Below, piece by piece: positions 9,557-19,028 of a DNA stretch of 64,000 bases. The stretch is taken from contig CALUMJ010000003.1 in the NCBI GenBank assembly GCA_944321715.1, positions 22,567-86,566 of the forward strand, in the 5' to 3' direction. The position numbers were made by a program, and so were the translations under genes. How positions within the stretch are numbered: position 1 is the stretch's first letter; each line of letters starts with the position of its first letter. The notes beneath the pieces were generated by a model. It was not told the DNA's origin, ran no database searches, and worked only from the letters and a program-made list of their open reading frames with translations. Source of the DNA: an uncultured Muribaculaceae bacterium (GTDB taxonomy: Bacteria; Bacteroidota; Bacteroidia; Bacteroidales; Muribaculaceae).

Positions 9557-9876
9557 CTTTATTTATGCGGTTTACAGGGTGAAGTAATGTTTAAAATATA
9601 AAATGGCAATTAGGTTAACTTGTCGTAAAGCTATTTAAATCGGGTTAATTATGTTAACAAAATATAAAACGGGGAGGGGTAATTTTTAATATGAATAAAA
9701 TTGATATATTTGCAGGCGAAAATCCAATCGTTTACGCAACTGCGTTGCAGTGCCTTAGGAAAAAATTAGTATGACGGGCAGGTGATATGCCTGCCATAAT
9801 AACCTTTGTTTAAGTGTAGAGTTGGCTTCTTCGCAATCATTGGCTATATTGTTACAATCGTGATGTGAGTTGGTGG

Positions 9877-9897
9877 GTGGTCGAAGCCACTTTTTTT
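9877..9897 (+). terminator. weak plus-strand intrinsic-terminator-like hairpin plus T7 run
   Basis: GTGGT-CGAA-GCCAC followed by TTTTTTT. There is no annotated plus-strand gene upstream. Confidence 0.35.
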
Positions 9898-9947
9898 GCA
9901 CTTCTGTTTTGCAACGCACGATACCGTTTCGAGGCAAACGGCATGGT

Positions 9948-11570
9948 TTATACCATGTCGTTGCCAGTACGGATAATTTTGACTTTCACCGTCTTGTGGA
10001 ACGGAATGAATGCCGATGCCACGGCAAGCACCAGTGCGGCGATGACCATGTAGCCTATGATGGTTTTCATCGACAGCAACAGGCTTTGTTGCTGCAAAGT
10101 GGAGTAGATGGTGTTGGTTGCTACTTGTGTGGCTTCCATGAATCCATGCCCTTGTGCGAGTGCCGAGTTAAGCGAGCTGTCGAATTGGCTGGCGGCAACT
10201 GGGTTGTCCATGGTGATGTTGTCGGCGAGGCGTTGGATTCCACGTTGCTGCATGTAATATAGCATATTGCTGAAAAAGGCCGAACCGATTACGGGGGCGA
10301 ATACCGACCGCGAGAGAATGAGGAAGAACGCGTTGGACATCATGTATTTCAGCGGCAGCTCTTCGACAACAAACAAGCCGAACGATATGAACAATATCAT
10401 CATTCCTATGCCGCGCAGGAACATGGGCAGATAGAGCATTTCGTAGGTGCTGTCGGGGGCTATGCCTAAGTACATTATAGCAAAATATGCCACGAAGCAA
10501 AACATCCCGGCTGAAACGAAGTAGCGGAAACGCCACCGCTGCCAGCGGAACCACCAGAAGCACAGGAATGCCCCCACTACGAATCCGGGAATGACATAGA
10601 GGTAGAGGGTGTTGGCGTGGACGCTATCGGTGCGGACAATACCTGTGACATAGTTGGTAATGAGTGTTCCCGACGAACAGAAAAACATGGTTATGAACAT
10701 ATACAGGTAGCCAAGCAGCGACTTGACGCGCGTAATCTGTATGAGATGCACGTATGGGTTGCGGTTGCGTCGGGCCCATTGTATCCACAGGAACAGTACC
10801 ATCAGCAGGATCGATGCCACCGCATAGTAGCGTAGCCGCGGCGAGTGGAACCAGTCGAGCGTTCGGCCGTAGGTGAACACATACATTGCCATCAAGATTG
10901 ACACAGCGGCGATGAAGATGCTGCGGAAGTCGATGCCCTTGAATGGCTGCTGCATGGGTCGCTTGGCATAGCGGAATGTGGCGAGGACCATTGTCACGGC
11001 TACCAGCAGCAAGATCACCTCGAAGTAATACATGTATTTCCAGTCGTAATAGTATGCAAGCTGGGCTGTGACTATCATCGACAATTGCCCCACGCTGAAC
11101 ACGATAGGGTAGAAGTAGGCATAAAACTCGCTGCGCACGTTGTTGGGGCTGGCAAGTTTGCTCAGCTTCCTGACGAACCACAGCATTGCGAACCCCTTGA
11201 GGAAGCCAAGCACGAAACTGTAGATTATGAGCAGGTCGATGCTGCGGGTGCGGGCGCACATCCAGCTCACCAATGCTTGCAGGGGCAAGTCGATGAGCAG
11301 CAACGTTTTTTGTGTGATGCGAGCCATCACAGTGTTGAGGATAGGGTAAACGAGAGCCATTCCTGCCGAGGCTGCATAGTAGCCCATTGTGATGTCCTCG
11401 GACAACACGCCCAATGTTCCCGACACCTCTTGGATGCTACCCGTGTATGTGCCGTTAATCATCATTATGGGTATTCCCACGAGGAACAACGTCACTAAGC
11501 CCACCCAGCTTGGAAGTCCATGCCTGAGCGGCAAGTCGAGCCGTTCGGCCAAAGTCGGTTTATGCTCCAT
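9948..11570 (-). CDS. MFS drug:H+ antiporter, DHA2/EmrB-like (14-TM type)
   Basis: 540-aa polytopic membrane ORF. It is the last gene of the MarR-TolC-HlyD-MFS string. Confidence 0.85.
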   Translation of the reverse strand: MEHKPTLAERLDLPLRHGLPSWVGLVTLFLVGIPIMMINGTYTGSIQEVSGTLGVLSEDITMGYYAASAGMALVYPILNTVMARITQKTLLLIDLPLQALVSWMCARTRSIDLLIIYSFVLGFLKGFAMLWFVRKLSKLASPNNVRSEFYAYFYPIVFSVGQLSMIVTAQLAYYYDWKYMYYFEVILLLVAVTMVLATFRYAKRPMQQPFKGIDFRSIFIAAVSILMAMYVFTYGRTLDWFHSPRLRYYAVASILLMVLFLWIQWARRNRNPYVHLIQITRVKSLLGYLYMFITMFFCSSGTLITNYVTGIVRTDSVHANTLYLYVIPGFVVGAFLCFWWFRWQRWRFRYFVSAGMFCFVAYFAIMYLGIAPDSTYEMLYLPMFLRGIGMMILFISFGLFVVEELPLKYMMSNAFFLILSRSVFAPVIGSAFFSNMLYYMQQRGIQRLADNITMDNPVAASQFDSSLNSALAQGHGFMEATQVATNTIYSTLQQQSLLLSMKTIIGYMVIAALVLAVASAFIPFHKTVKVKIIRTGNDMV

Positions 11571-11579
11571 AGTGTTACC

Positions 11580-12638
11580 TCACTTTTTTACCGCCTCGGT
11601 TTCGACCATCATGCCGGCGCGCAGCTTGGCCATGTCCTCGGGCGAGATGTCCACGAAATCGATGCGCACCGGTATGCGCTGCTGCACCTTGACGAAGTTG
11701 CCGGCCGAGTTGTCGGTGGGTACGAGCGAGTATTTCGAGCCGGTGGCTTCGGAAATGGCAGTCACGCGGCCGTTGAATGTGCGTCCGCTCACGCCGTCCA
11801 CTGTGATTCTCACTTGCTGCCCGATGAATATGTTTTCAATCTGCGTTTCGCGATAATTGGCCGTGACCCACTTGTCCTGGTTGCGCACGAGGTTGGTGAT
11901 TGTCTGTCCTGCGGCGACGTATTGCCCCGGTTCGAGCGTGCGGCGGCCAGTGTAACCGTCAAATGGTGCCACGACTACTGTGTATGACAAGTTGAGCCGG
12001 GCCATTTCCAAGCCAGCCTCGCATCGCAATATTTCGGCATCGGCACTCTTTTGCTGCCGTTGTGTGCCGTCCGATTGCAATTCGGCGGTGCGCCGCTGTT
12101 CGAGCAGTGCGTCGTAGTGTGCTTTTGCAGCATCATAGTTGGCTTTTATTTGGTCGAATTGCTGTTTGGCGACCGATTCCTCGCGGTATAGTTTTTCGTA
12201 CCGGTTGTAATCCTGTTCGGCTTGCCACAGACGGGCTTGTGCCTCGTTGATGTTGGCTTGCTGTATGGCGACGTTGGCTTGCGATGCGCTTATGCTGGAG
12301 TGTAACACGTCTTTCGAGCTGTGGGCGTCGAGCAGGGCAGCCTCGGCCTCCTTGACACGTATGAGGTACTCGCTATTGTCGATAATGAGCAGCGTGTCGC
12401 CGGCATGTACGAGCTGGTGTTCCTTGAAACGCACTTCTTTGATATATCCGGCCACACGCACGTTCACGGGCGAAATATACTGGTCGATTGAAGCGTCGTT
12501 GGTGATTTCATAGTTGAAATATTTCCAGAAATAATTGACCGTCCATGATGCGCCGATTAGCGCCAGCGTTATGCAGACGATGTTGAGTATTATGTTGCGC
12601 AACTTGATGCGCTTGCGTTTTTCTTCCCAAGTGCTCAT
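11580..12638 (-). CDS. HlyD/EmrA-family periplasmic adaptor
   Basis: 352 aa with an N-terminal TM anchor, a long coiled-coil hairpin and a beta-barrel region. Confidence 0.85.
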   Translation of the reverse strand: MSTWEEKRKRIKLRNIILNIVCITLALIGASWTVNYFWKYFNYEITNDASIDQYISPVNVRVAGYIKEVRFKEHQLVHAGDTLLIIDNSEYLIRVKEAEAALLDAHSSKDVLHSSISASQANVAIQQANINEAQARLWQAEQDYNRYEKLYREESVAKQQFDQIKANYDAAKAHYDALLEQRRTAELQSDGTQRQQKSADAEILRCEAGLEMARLNLSYTVVVAPFDGYTGRRTLEPGQYVAAGQTITNLVRNQDKWVTANYRETQIENIFIGQQVRITVDGVSGRTFNGRVTAISEATGSKYSLVPTDNSAGNFVKVQQRIPVRIDFVDISPEDMAKLRAGMMVETEAVKK

Positions 12639-12658
12639 TTTATGTTCCTCATTTCTCG

Positions 12659-13969
12659 TTATAGCCGTCCACAGGCGTTAAGTAGTTCGTAATAAGTGTA
12701 TAGTGCCGTCACTTTTGCGACGGTGAGTTCCAGTTCGGCTGATAGCAGTACGCTATTGGCATCGAGCAGGTCGGTGAGTATTGCGAGTTGCCCAAGGTAG
12801 CGGTTCTGCACGATTCGGTAGTTCTCTCGCGCTTGCTCCACCGACAGGTTCAGTGCTTGCACACGTTGCAGCGCTTCGGCGTGGTCTATGTAGGCTTGGC
12901 GTATGGTCACACGCAGCGATTGCTTCATGCGTTCCTCCTCGTTTTGGTAATACAGCTCGTTGCTGCGCCGTTCGCTCACATTCTTGCGATTTTTGTATAA
13001 CGACGACAGCGAGTAGCTGATTCTCACCCCTACGTTCCAGCTGTTGCTGAACTGGTCGGCCATTGTGCGCGTGATTGGCCGGGCAAGAGTGTTGTCGGCA
13101 TACAGCGATATTTGCGGCAAGTATTCGTTGCGCGCCGCCTGCGTCTGTGTCCGTGCCAGTGCGCTTTGCTGCCGCGCTATTTGCATTTTTGGATTGTTCT
13201 CGTATGCGTCGGCCACGCAGCTCTCGTAGTCGGGTAGCATGTGTGTCTGTGCCAATAGTGTGGTGTCGGGGATAATCAGCAGCGACTCGTCAATGCCCAA
13301 CAGTATGTCGAGCTGCATCGAGCATAGCTCGATATTGTTTTCGGCCTCGGTTAGCGACAGGCGGTCGGTGGTGAGTTGCAACTCGCTGCGCAGCACGTCG
13401 TTGTTGGTGATGATGCCCTCTTCTTTCATCTTCTTGATGTCTTTGAGCCTCACTTCCGATTCCTCGATGTTTCGCTCCAGCACCTCGCGTTGCTTGTAGT
13501 AGCTGAAAAGGTTCATGTATTGCTGCAGCAATGCGAGTTTTATGTCGGCCTCGTTGTCGGTCGTCTGCAAGTTGGCGATGGTGTGCTCGATGTCGGCTTG
13601 CTTGATTGCAGTCCTTATGCGGCCGCCATGGTATATGGGTTGGTCGATGCTGATGGCGTAGTTTTGCCGCCAATGTGGCGATTCGGGGCGTGTGGCTCCC
13701 GACAAGCCACGTTCAAACACGATAGGTTGTCCTATGTACCCTGCTTGCAGGTCGATGCTGACATCGGGGAGCAAGGCATTGCGGGCGGCAGTGCTGCGTA
13801 TTTGTGCCATGCGCTCTTCAATCATTGCGGCGCGCAATTGCAAGTTGCTTTCCATGCCAAGGCTGAACAGGCTATCGACCGACAGGAACATCGCACCTGC
13901 AGCACTACATGTGCCGCACTGCAATGACAGCAGCAACAATAATGATTTAATAACTTTCGACAATGCCAT
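12659..13969 (-). CDS. TolC-family outer membrane efflux protein
   Basis: 436 aa with a signal peptide and two repeated OEP helical halves. Confidence 0.85.
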   Translation of the reverse strand: MALSKVIKSLLLLLSLQCGTCSAAGAMFLSVDSLFSLGMESNLQLRAAMIEERMAQIRSTAARNALLPDVSIDLQAGYIGQPIVFERGLSGATRPESPHWRQNYAISIDQPIYHGGRIRTAIKQADIEHTIANLQTTDNEADIKLALLQQYMNLFSYYKQREVLERNIEESEVRLKDIKKMKEEGIITNNDVLRSELQLTTDRLSLTEAENNIELCSMQLDILLGIDESLLIIPDTTLLAQTHMLPDYESCVADAYENNPKMQIARQQSALARTQTQAARNEYLPQISLYADNTLARPITRTMADQFSNSWNVGVRISYSLSSLYKNRKNVSERRSNELYYQNEEERMKQSLRVTIRQAYIDHAEALQRVQALNLSVEQARENYRIVQNRYLGQLAILTDLLDANSVLLSAELELTVAKVTALYTYYELLNACGRL

Positions 13970-14384
13970 ATAACCGCATTAATAAATTTTGGTAAATCTT
14001 GATATTTTCAATGCCTATTTCACGCTCGACAAACCCATATACGTCGTCGATGGCTGGGAGGACAGTGTCCTTGAGCATTCTACCTTCTTCGGTAAGGAAC
14101 ACGTGCTTGTTGCGGCGGTCGCTCTCGCACGGTTTGCGGTAGATGTACCCTTTTTTCTCCAAGTTGTTAATCAATGCCGTGAGGCTTGCCTTGTTTTTAG
14201 ATATGCGCTCGGCAAGCGTCTGTTGGCTCACTCCCTCCTCTTGCCATAGGCTGTTGACCACTTGCAGCATCTCGAATGTGAGGCTCACGCCGTGTTGCCG
14301 CAACGATTTGCATACGGCCAGCTTGAACGCCCTGCGGGTGCGTATTACGTCGAGTGCCAGCTTTCTGGCTTCAATCCCTTCCAT
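13947..14384 (-). CDS. MarR-family transcriptional regulator
   Basis: Internal ATG at 14384 (MEGIEARKL...) gives 145 aa with a winged-HTH (QQTLAERISKNKASLTALINNLEKKGYI..DRR). The longer track ORF to 14867 is a low-complexity extension. The stop overlaps the TolC start by 23 nt. Confidence 0.85.
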   Translation of the reverse strand: MEGIEARKLALDVIRTRRAFKLAVCKSLRQHGVSLTFEMLQVVNSLWQEEGVSQQTLAERISKNKASLTALINNLEKKGYIYRKPCESDRRNKHVFLTEEGRMLKDTVLPAIDDVYGFVEREIGIENIKIYQNLLMRLYGIVESY

Positions 14385-14407
14385 ATAAAATCTCCCTATT
14401 GCGGGTG

Positions 14408-14415
14408 CAAAGTTA
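14408..14415 (-). promoter_or_regulatory. candidate -7 box (TAACTTTG) for the marR-efflux operon
   Basis: TAnnTTTG 24 nt upstream of ATG 14384. Confidence 0.45.
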
Positions 14416-14519
14416 TATAATTCTTGAGAAATAGTAAAACAATGAACCAATTTTATGTTGCAAAACATAGCTGTTAAAAATGTCTTATGCCAAAAGTTGC
14501 AATTCTTGTTGGTGTGTAT

Positions 14520-14527
14520 TATTTTTG
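14520..14527 (+). promoter_or_regulatory. candidate -7 box (TATTTTTG) for the 4Fe-4S protein gene
   Basis: TAnnTTTG about 30 nt upstream of the start. Confidence 0.45.
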
Positions 14528-14557
14528 TGAAGATAAGATGGACGGCATATCGAAGTG

Positions 14558-15487
14558 ATGAAACGGTTGAAGATATTGCGCATAGTGCTGTCGGTGGTGT
14601 TTGTTGCGCTGCTGACGGCGGCGTTGCTGTGTCACGACCCTGAACTGGCTGGGTGGCTCGACTGGGCTTGCCAGCTGCAATTGATGCCGGCCTTGCTGTC
14701 GCTTGCTGCAGGAGTGTGCCTGTTTTGGTTGGTGGTGACATTGCTTGTCGGCAGGGTATATTGCTCGACGGTGTGTCCGCTTGGAGTTGTGCAAGACGTG
14801 GCAGGACGCTTGGGCAAGTGGCTGCGCCGTAACCGCGATGGCTCCCTGCGGCCTTACAGGTATTCACGTGCCGAGAACCGAATGCGCTATGTCATACTTG
14901 GCGTGGTGGTAATATGTGTGCTTGCCCGGCAGATGTTTTTGCCCGAAATCATCGACCCATACTTGGTGTATGCCAACATTGTGAACATCGTGTCGCCGGT
15001 GTCCGACACATTCTTGGGCGAGGTGGTGCTTCCCGGAGTGACAGGGATGGCGTTGTCGGTGGTGACGTTGCTTGTGGTTGCGGCTTTGGCATTCAAGAAC
15101 GGGCGCACGTTTTGCAACACTATTTGCCCCGTCGGGTCAGCCTTGAGCATAGCGAGCCGCATATCGCTCTACCAGCTTGAAATCGACCCCGACACGTGTA
15201 CCAATTGCGGGCGTTGCGAAGATGTGTGCAAGGCATCGTGCATCGATTCAAAGGCACATACGATTGATTACAGCCGTTGCGTGTTGTGCATGAATTGCAC
15301 TGCCGCCTGTGGCGACAGTGCGATACGCTTCACGGCCAACCGTAAGCGGCTTTCGACACCGCTCATGCAGCAAATCGACGGCAAGGTGCCGCAAATGACG
15401 CTCAACCAGCCTCGCAGCAATGCGTTGGAAACGTCGCCTGTGCCTCGTTGCAAAGGCGGGGAGTGGCGAGGTGGTTCAAGGCTCTAA
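14558..15487 (+). CDS. membrane-bound 4Fe-4S ferredoxin-type protein (NapH/COG0348-like)
   Basis: TM helices carry CPLG and CPVG motifs, and the C-terminus has 2x CxxCxxCxxxC clusters (CTNCGRCEDVC, CVLCMNCTAAC). ATG at 14558; an in-frame GTG lies at 14555. Confidence 0.8.
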   Translation: MKRLKILRIVLSVVFVALLTAALLCHDPELAGWLDWACQLQLMPALLSLAAGVCLFWLVVTLLVGRVYCSTVCPLGVVQDVAGRLGKWLRRNRDGSLRPYRYSRAENRMRYVILGVVVICVLARQMFLPEIIDPYLVYANIVNIVSPVSDTFLGEVVLPGVTGMALSVVTLLVVAALAFKNGRTFCNTICPVGSALSIASRISLYQLEIDPDTCTNCGRCEDVCKASCIDSKAHTIDYSRCVLCMNCTAACGDSAIRFTANRKRLSTPLMQQIDGKVPQMTLNQPRSNALETSPVPRCKGGEWRGGSRL

Positions 15488-16270
15488 GCTGCCTTGCATT
15501 AAAATTTTGCGGTAATTGATTGTTTCAAATTCGTCAAACTCGTCGGTCAATTCTATGGTGTGCCACACAATCATGTCGAAGTCGGTGGCGTGCTCTATAT
15601 CGACAACCAACTCGTATTCACTCCGTTCTTTTCCATGGCTGCACCACAGGTAAATGCCTTTGTCGGCGTCAATGAGGTAAATGTCGAGGTCGGCGTATGG
15701 CGGTGTGCTGTAGTCGTAGTCGTCTGGGTCGGCATTTGCTTGGATATGCCACGATGTAGGGGATGTTTGAGTCATTTCGGTAATCCCGTATGGATAAAAG
15801 CCGTCAAGGTATAACACTATCACGTATTGTCCTGTTATCATCCGACAACCTTCCCAGGCACCTTCCTGTGGCGAATACACGTAGTATTTTCCATTGTATT
15901 TATGCAGTGTGACGAATGCCCCGTTGGGTGCGCCTGTTTTGCTGTACTCAGGTAGTTTGTATTTTTGGGTGAGCTTGTCAATGCCTTTTTTTATTTCTAT
16001 TGAGTCGCTATGGTAGATTGTGCAGAACAATTTTTTGTGATAGATGTCCTTGTCGTGTGTCGGCTCGATATATAATTTGTTGGTGTATTGGTACTTGCCT
16101 TCCCAGTAGCAGTCCACCTTGCGCAGGAATAGAGTGTCGTTTTCAATGAATGGGCCGTCAAAAACAGTTTCGTAGTAATCGCTTTGCGCTTGTGCTGCGA
16201 GGAAAGTGAAGCAGCACAATGCTGTTAATAGGCATGAATGCAATCGTTTCATTTTCTTGAAGGTTTCCAT
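15476..16270 (-). CDS. hypothetical secreted protein
   Basis: 264-aa ORF with a signal peptide (CCFTFLAAQAQ). No recognisable domain. Confidence 0.55.
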   Translation of the reverse strand: METFKKMKRLHSCLLTALCCFTFLAAQAQSDYYETVFDGPFIENDTLFLRKVDCYWEGKYQYTNKLYIEPTHDKDIYHKKLFCTIYHSDSIEIKKGIDKLTQKYKLPEYSKTGAPNGAFVTLHKYNGKYYVYSPQEGAWEGCRMITGQYVIVLYLDGFYPYGITEMTQTSPTSWHIQANADPDDYDYSTPPYADLDIYLIDADKGIYLWCSHGKERSEYELVVDIEHATDFDMIVWHTIELTDEFDEFETINYRKILMQGSLEP

Positions 16271-16297
16271 TGTTTTTTTGTATAATCTATTGCTGCC

Positions 16298-16789
16298 TTA
16301 TGGCATTGAAATGAGGGTGTGGTAATGCTTTATTAATTCCTCGGGGTGTTCGCACGATATGAGGTATTTCATTCCGCCACCGGTTTCAATTAGGATTGTC
16401 TGGTCATACGACCCTACGAACGAGGCATATTGCCCTATTTGAGGGCTGTAGCGCAGCCCAGTGTAGCCAAAGAATCCACAGCTGCCTATTCCCATGCTGC
16501 GCATTCCCGTGGCAGGAAAGAGGGCCATGTTCTCGATTTTTTCAAAGCGGATAGACTTGCTGCCTATGATTTTCTTGATGGTGATTTTCTCATCGTCGGC
16601 TATCACTTTAAGTGGCGACATATAGGCGCAATATGCCACTGCCGCCACTATGCAGACTGCAAGCAGGTAGTTGAGTGCGTTGCCGTCGGCACGCAACAAC
16701 AGTGCCGAACAGGCTCCTGCCAGCACGACGGGGGCGATTGCGCTTATGTAGCGCACACGCTTGCACCATTTTACGTTAAATTCTTTCAT
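16298..16789 (-). CDS. hypothetical membrane protein (possibly bacterial PH-domain type)
   Basis: Internal ATG at 16789 (MKEFNVKW...), two TM helices, then a small soluble domain. The upstream extension of the track ORF overlaps thyA and was discarded. Confidence 0.5.
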   Translation of the reverse strand: MKEFNVKWCKRVRYISAIAPVVLAGACSALLLRADGNALNYLLAVCIVAAVAYCAYMSPLKVIADDEKITIKKIIGSKSIRFEKIENMALFPATGMRSMGIGSCGFFGYTGLRYSPQIGQYASFVGSYDQTILIETGGGMKYLISCEHPEELIKHYHTLISMP

Positions 16790-16921
16790 AGACCGATTCC
16801 ATTGTTTTTCCCGTTGCAATATTAGCAAAAAAATGGCATCATCGGTAATTTTGTGTCGGGCTTTTGCAGGTTTCGGGAATTTTTGCGAATATTGTGCTTG
16901 ATTTAACAGAATAACGACGAA

Positions 16922-17716
16922 ATGAAACAATATCTCGACCTGCTGCGCCATGTGCGTGACAACGGCGTGCTGAAAGCCGACCGCACCGGCACCGGCACAC
17001 GTAGCGTTTTCGGCTACCAGATGCGTTTTAACCTTGATGACGGGTTTCCGTTGCTCACTACCAAGAAGTTACACCTGAAGTCAATCATATATGAGTTGCT
17101 GTGGTTCCTGCGCGGCGACACCAATGTGCATTACCTCCAAGAGCATGGCGTGAGAATATGGAACGAATGGGCCGACCCCGACGGCAACTTGGGGCATATC
17201 TATGGCTACCAGTGGCGTTCGTGGCCCGACTATGACGGTGGCTGTATCGACCAGATAGCACAGGCTATCGATGACATAAAAAACAATCCCGACTCGCGCC
17301 GCATCATCGTGAGCGCGTGGAACGTGGCCGACCTCGGCCGCATGAACCTGCCGCCGTGCCACATGTTGTTCCAGTTTTATGTGGCCAATGGCCGCTTGAG
17401 CTTGCAATTGTACCAGCGCAGTGCCGATATTTTCCTTGGCGTTCCGTTCAACATAGCGTCATACGCCTTGTTGCTGATGATGGTTGCGCAGGTCACTGGA
17501 TTGCAGCCCGGCGATTTTGTCCACACACTTGGCGATGCGCACATTTATACCAATCATTTTGAGCAAGTTGAGGAACAATTGTCGCGCACACCGCGGCCGT
17601 TGCCGCACATGCTGCTTAACAGGTCGATAACCGACATATTTGAATTTGATTACGACGATTTCACGTTGCAGGATTACGACCCTTGGCCACACATCAGCGG
17701 CAAGGTGTCGGTGTGA
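16922..17716 (+). CDS. thyA: thymidylate synthase
   Basis: Canonical ThyA sequence ([35 protein letters not shown]), 264 aa. Confidence 0.97.
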   Translation: MKQYLDLLRHVRDNGVLKADRTGTGTRSVFGYQMRFNLDDGFPLLTTKKLHLKSIIYELLWFLRGDTNVHYLQEHGVRIWNEWADPDGNLGHIYGYQWRSWPDYDGGCIDQIAQAIDDIKNNPDSRRIIVSAWNVADLGRMNLPPCHMLFQFYVANGRLSLQLYQRSADIFLGVPFNIASYALLLMMVAQVTGLQPGDFVHTLGDAHIYTNHFEQVEEQLSRTPRPLPHMLLNRSITDIFEFDYDDFTLQDYDPWPHISGKVSV

Positions 17717-17721
17717 CGGTG

Positions 17722-18960
17722 CTATTTGAAAGTCAAGATTGAAGCTCGTGTGGGGTGGATTGTGGCGGCGGCATCCATCAGTTGCTGAGGGGTGACGGCG
17801 TTGATGCGCATGTTTACCTCTTGGTTGGTAATATGCCTGCCATTGTATAGGAAACTTTTGCCGGCCGAGAGGGCAAATGCCTCGTGGTTGTCGCTGGCCA
17901 CGGTCAATTGCCCGATGAATTGCTTTTTTGCCGCTTCCAAGGCGCGTTCGTTCATCGGTTTTGTGGCAAGACGGTCGATTATGTCGCCGATAACCTTTAT
18001 TGCGCGGCGCACGTGGCAATAGTCGCTGCCGAAATAGATTTGCAGCAATCCGCAGTCGCTGAACAGCGTGATGCCCGATTCGACAGTGTAGGCATATCCG
18101 CGCCGTTCGCGAATGGCAATGTTGAGCAGCGAGTTCATGCCAGGGCCGCCGAGCAGGTTGTTGAGCAGCAGCATGGCATATCGGTTGTCGTCGTGCATGC
18201 TGCACACGGGTGCGCCATATATGGTGTGCGACTGGTGCGTGCCAAGTTGTTGCACCTTGTCGAATGCCGGCACTGCGGCAGGGGCTTCGCGCCGGTGCCG
18301 TGTAAGAGGGTGGTTGAGGCAGCCGAGGTGGCGTTCGACAATGCTGAACAGCCGTGCTGTGCTTTTGTAATTGCCGACGACAAAGAACACCATGTTGCTC
18401 GGCACGTATAGGTCGTTGAGGTAGCGGCGGCAATCGTCGCCGGTGAATCGCCTCAGGTCGGTTTCATTGCCCAAAATATTATGCCCGAGCGGACTGCCAT
18501 CCCAGATGAGGTCTTCAAAGTCGTCGTAAATTGCCTCGGAGGGGGAGTCGCGGTATGATGCCGCCTCGTCGAGCACCACTTCGCGCTCGCGTGAGATTTC
18601 TTGCTCGGGGAATGTGGAATATGCCACAAGGTCGGCAATCAGCTCGGTGGCGCGTTCTATGTGTTGGCGTGGGAAAATGGAATATACCGTGGTATTCTCT
18701 TTGGTGGTGAATGCGTTAAGCTCGCCGCCTATGCGCTCCATGCGGTTGAGTATGTGCCATGCTCGGCGGTGCCGAGTGCCTTTGAATATGGTGTGTTCCA
18801 CAAAGTGTGCCAAGCCGTGCTGCCCGGGCAGCTCGTCGCGGCTGCCGGCATCAATGGTGAGTCCGCAGTATGCCACTTCCGACTGCAATGGCAGGTAGCA
18901 AATGCGCAGCCCGTTGGGCAGCGTGTGGGAGTAGCATGGAGGGTCGATATTTTCGTTCAT
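17722..18960 (-). CDS. M16-family (pitrilysin-like) zinc peptidase
   Basis: Internal ATG at 18960 (MNENIDPP...). Inverted zinc motif HFVEH in GLAHFVEHTIFKG. The track ORF extension to 19233 overlaps asnA. Confidence 0.9.
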   Translation of the reverse strand: MNENIDPPCYSHTLPNGLRICYLPLQSEVAYCGLTIDAGSRDELPGQHGLAHFVEHTIFKGTRHRRAWHILNRMERIGGELNAFTTKENTTVYSIFPRQHIERATELIADLVAYSTFPEQEISREREVVLDEAASYRDSPSEAIYDDFEDLIWDGSPLGHNILGNETDLRRFTGDDCRRYLNDLYVPSNMVFFVVGNYKSTARLFSIVERHLGCLNHPLTRHRREAPAAVPAFDKVQQLGTHQSHTIYGAPVCSMHDDNRYAMLLLNNLLGGPGMNSLLNIAIRERRGYAYTVESGITLFSDCGLLQIYFGSDYCHVRRAIKVIGDIIDRLATKPMNERALEAAKKQFIGQLTVASDNHEAFALSAGKSFLYNGRHITNQEVNMRINAVTPQQLMDAAATIHPTRASILTFK

Positions 18961-18983
18961 TGTAGGTTTTGTGTATTGCGGCA

Positions 18984-18991
18984 CAAAATTA
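18984..18991 (-). promoter_or_regulatory. candidate -7 box (TAATTTTG) for the M16 peptidase gene
   Basis: 24 nt upstream of ATG 18960. This supports the shorter start. Confidence 0.45.
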
Positions 18992-19028
18992 CAAAGAAAA
19001 TCTGTGTGGTGCGCAGCGTGCGCGTGGT

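Noticed and set aside
13947-14867. N-terminal extensions of track ORFs: 13947-14867, 16298-16951, 17722-19233, 27507-28280, 51142-52551, 55742-56506, 28818-30383, 30881-31372.
   Set aside because: The extensions overlap neighbouring well-supported genes or are low-complexity. Internal ATGs give proteins that begin where family homology or a signal peptide begins, and several are preceded by TAnnTTTG boxes.
17459-18433. Long antisense or alternate-frame ORFs in the six-frame track. Examples: 17459-18433(-), 5927-6805(-), 534-1094(-), 20140-20679(-), 21867-22754(-), 26130-27026(-), 34149-35087(-), 31532-32314(-), 62148-62945(-), 47729-48436(-).
   Set aside because: Each lies entirely inside, and opposite to or out of frame with, a gene that has clear family motifs. 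The translations are Arg/His/Pro-rich or otherwise low-complexity, with no recognisable domain. They are typical shadow ORFs of mid-to-high-GC coding sequence.
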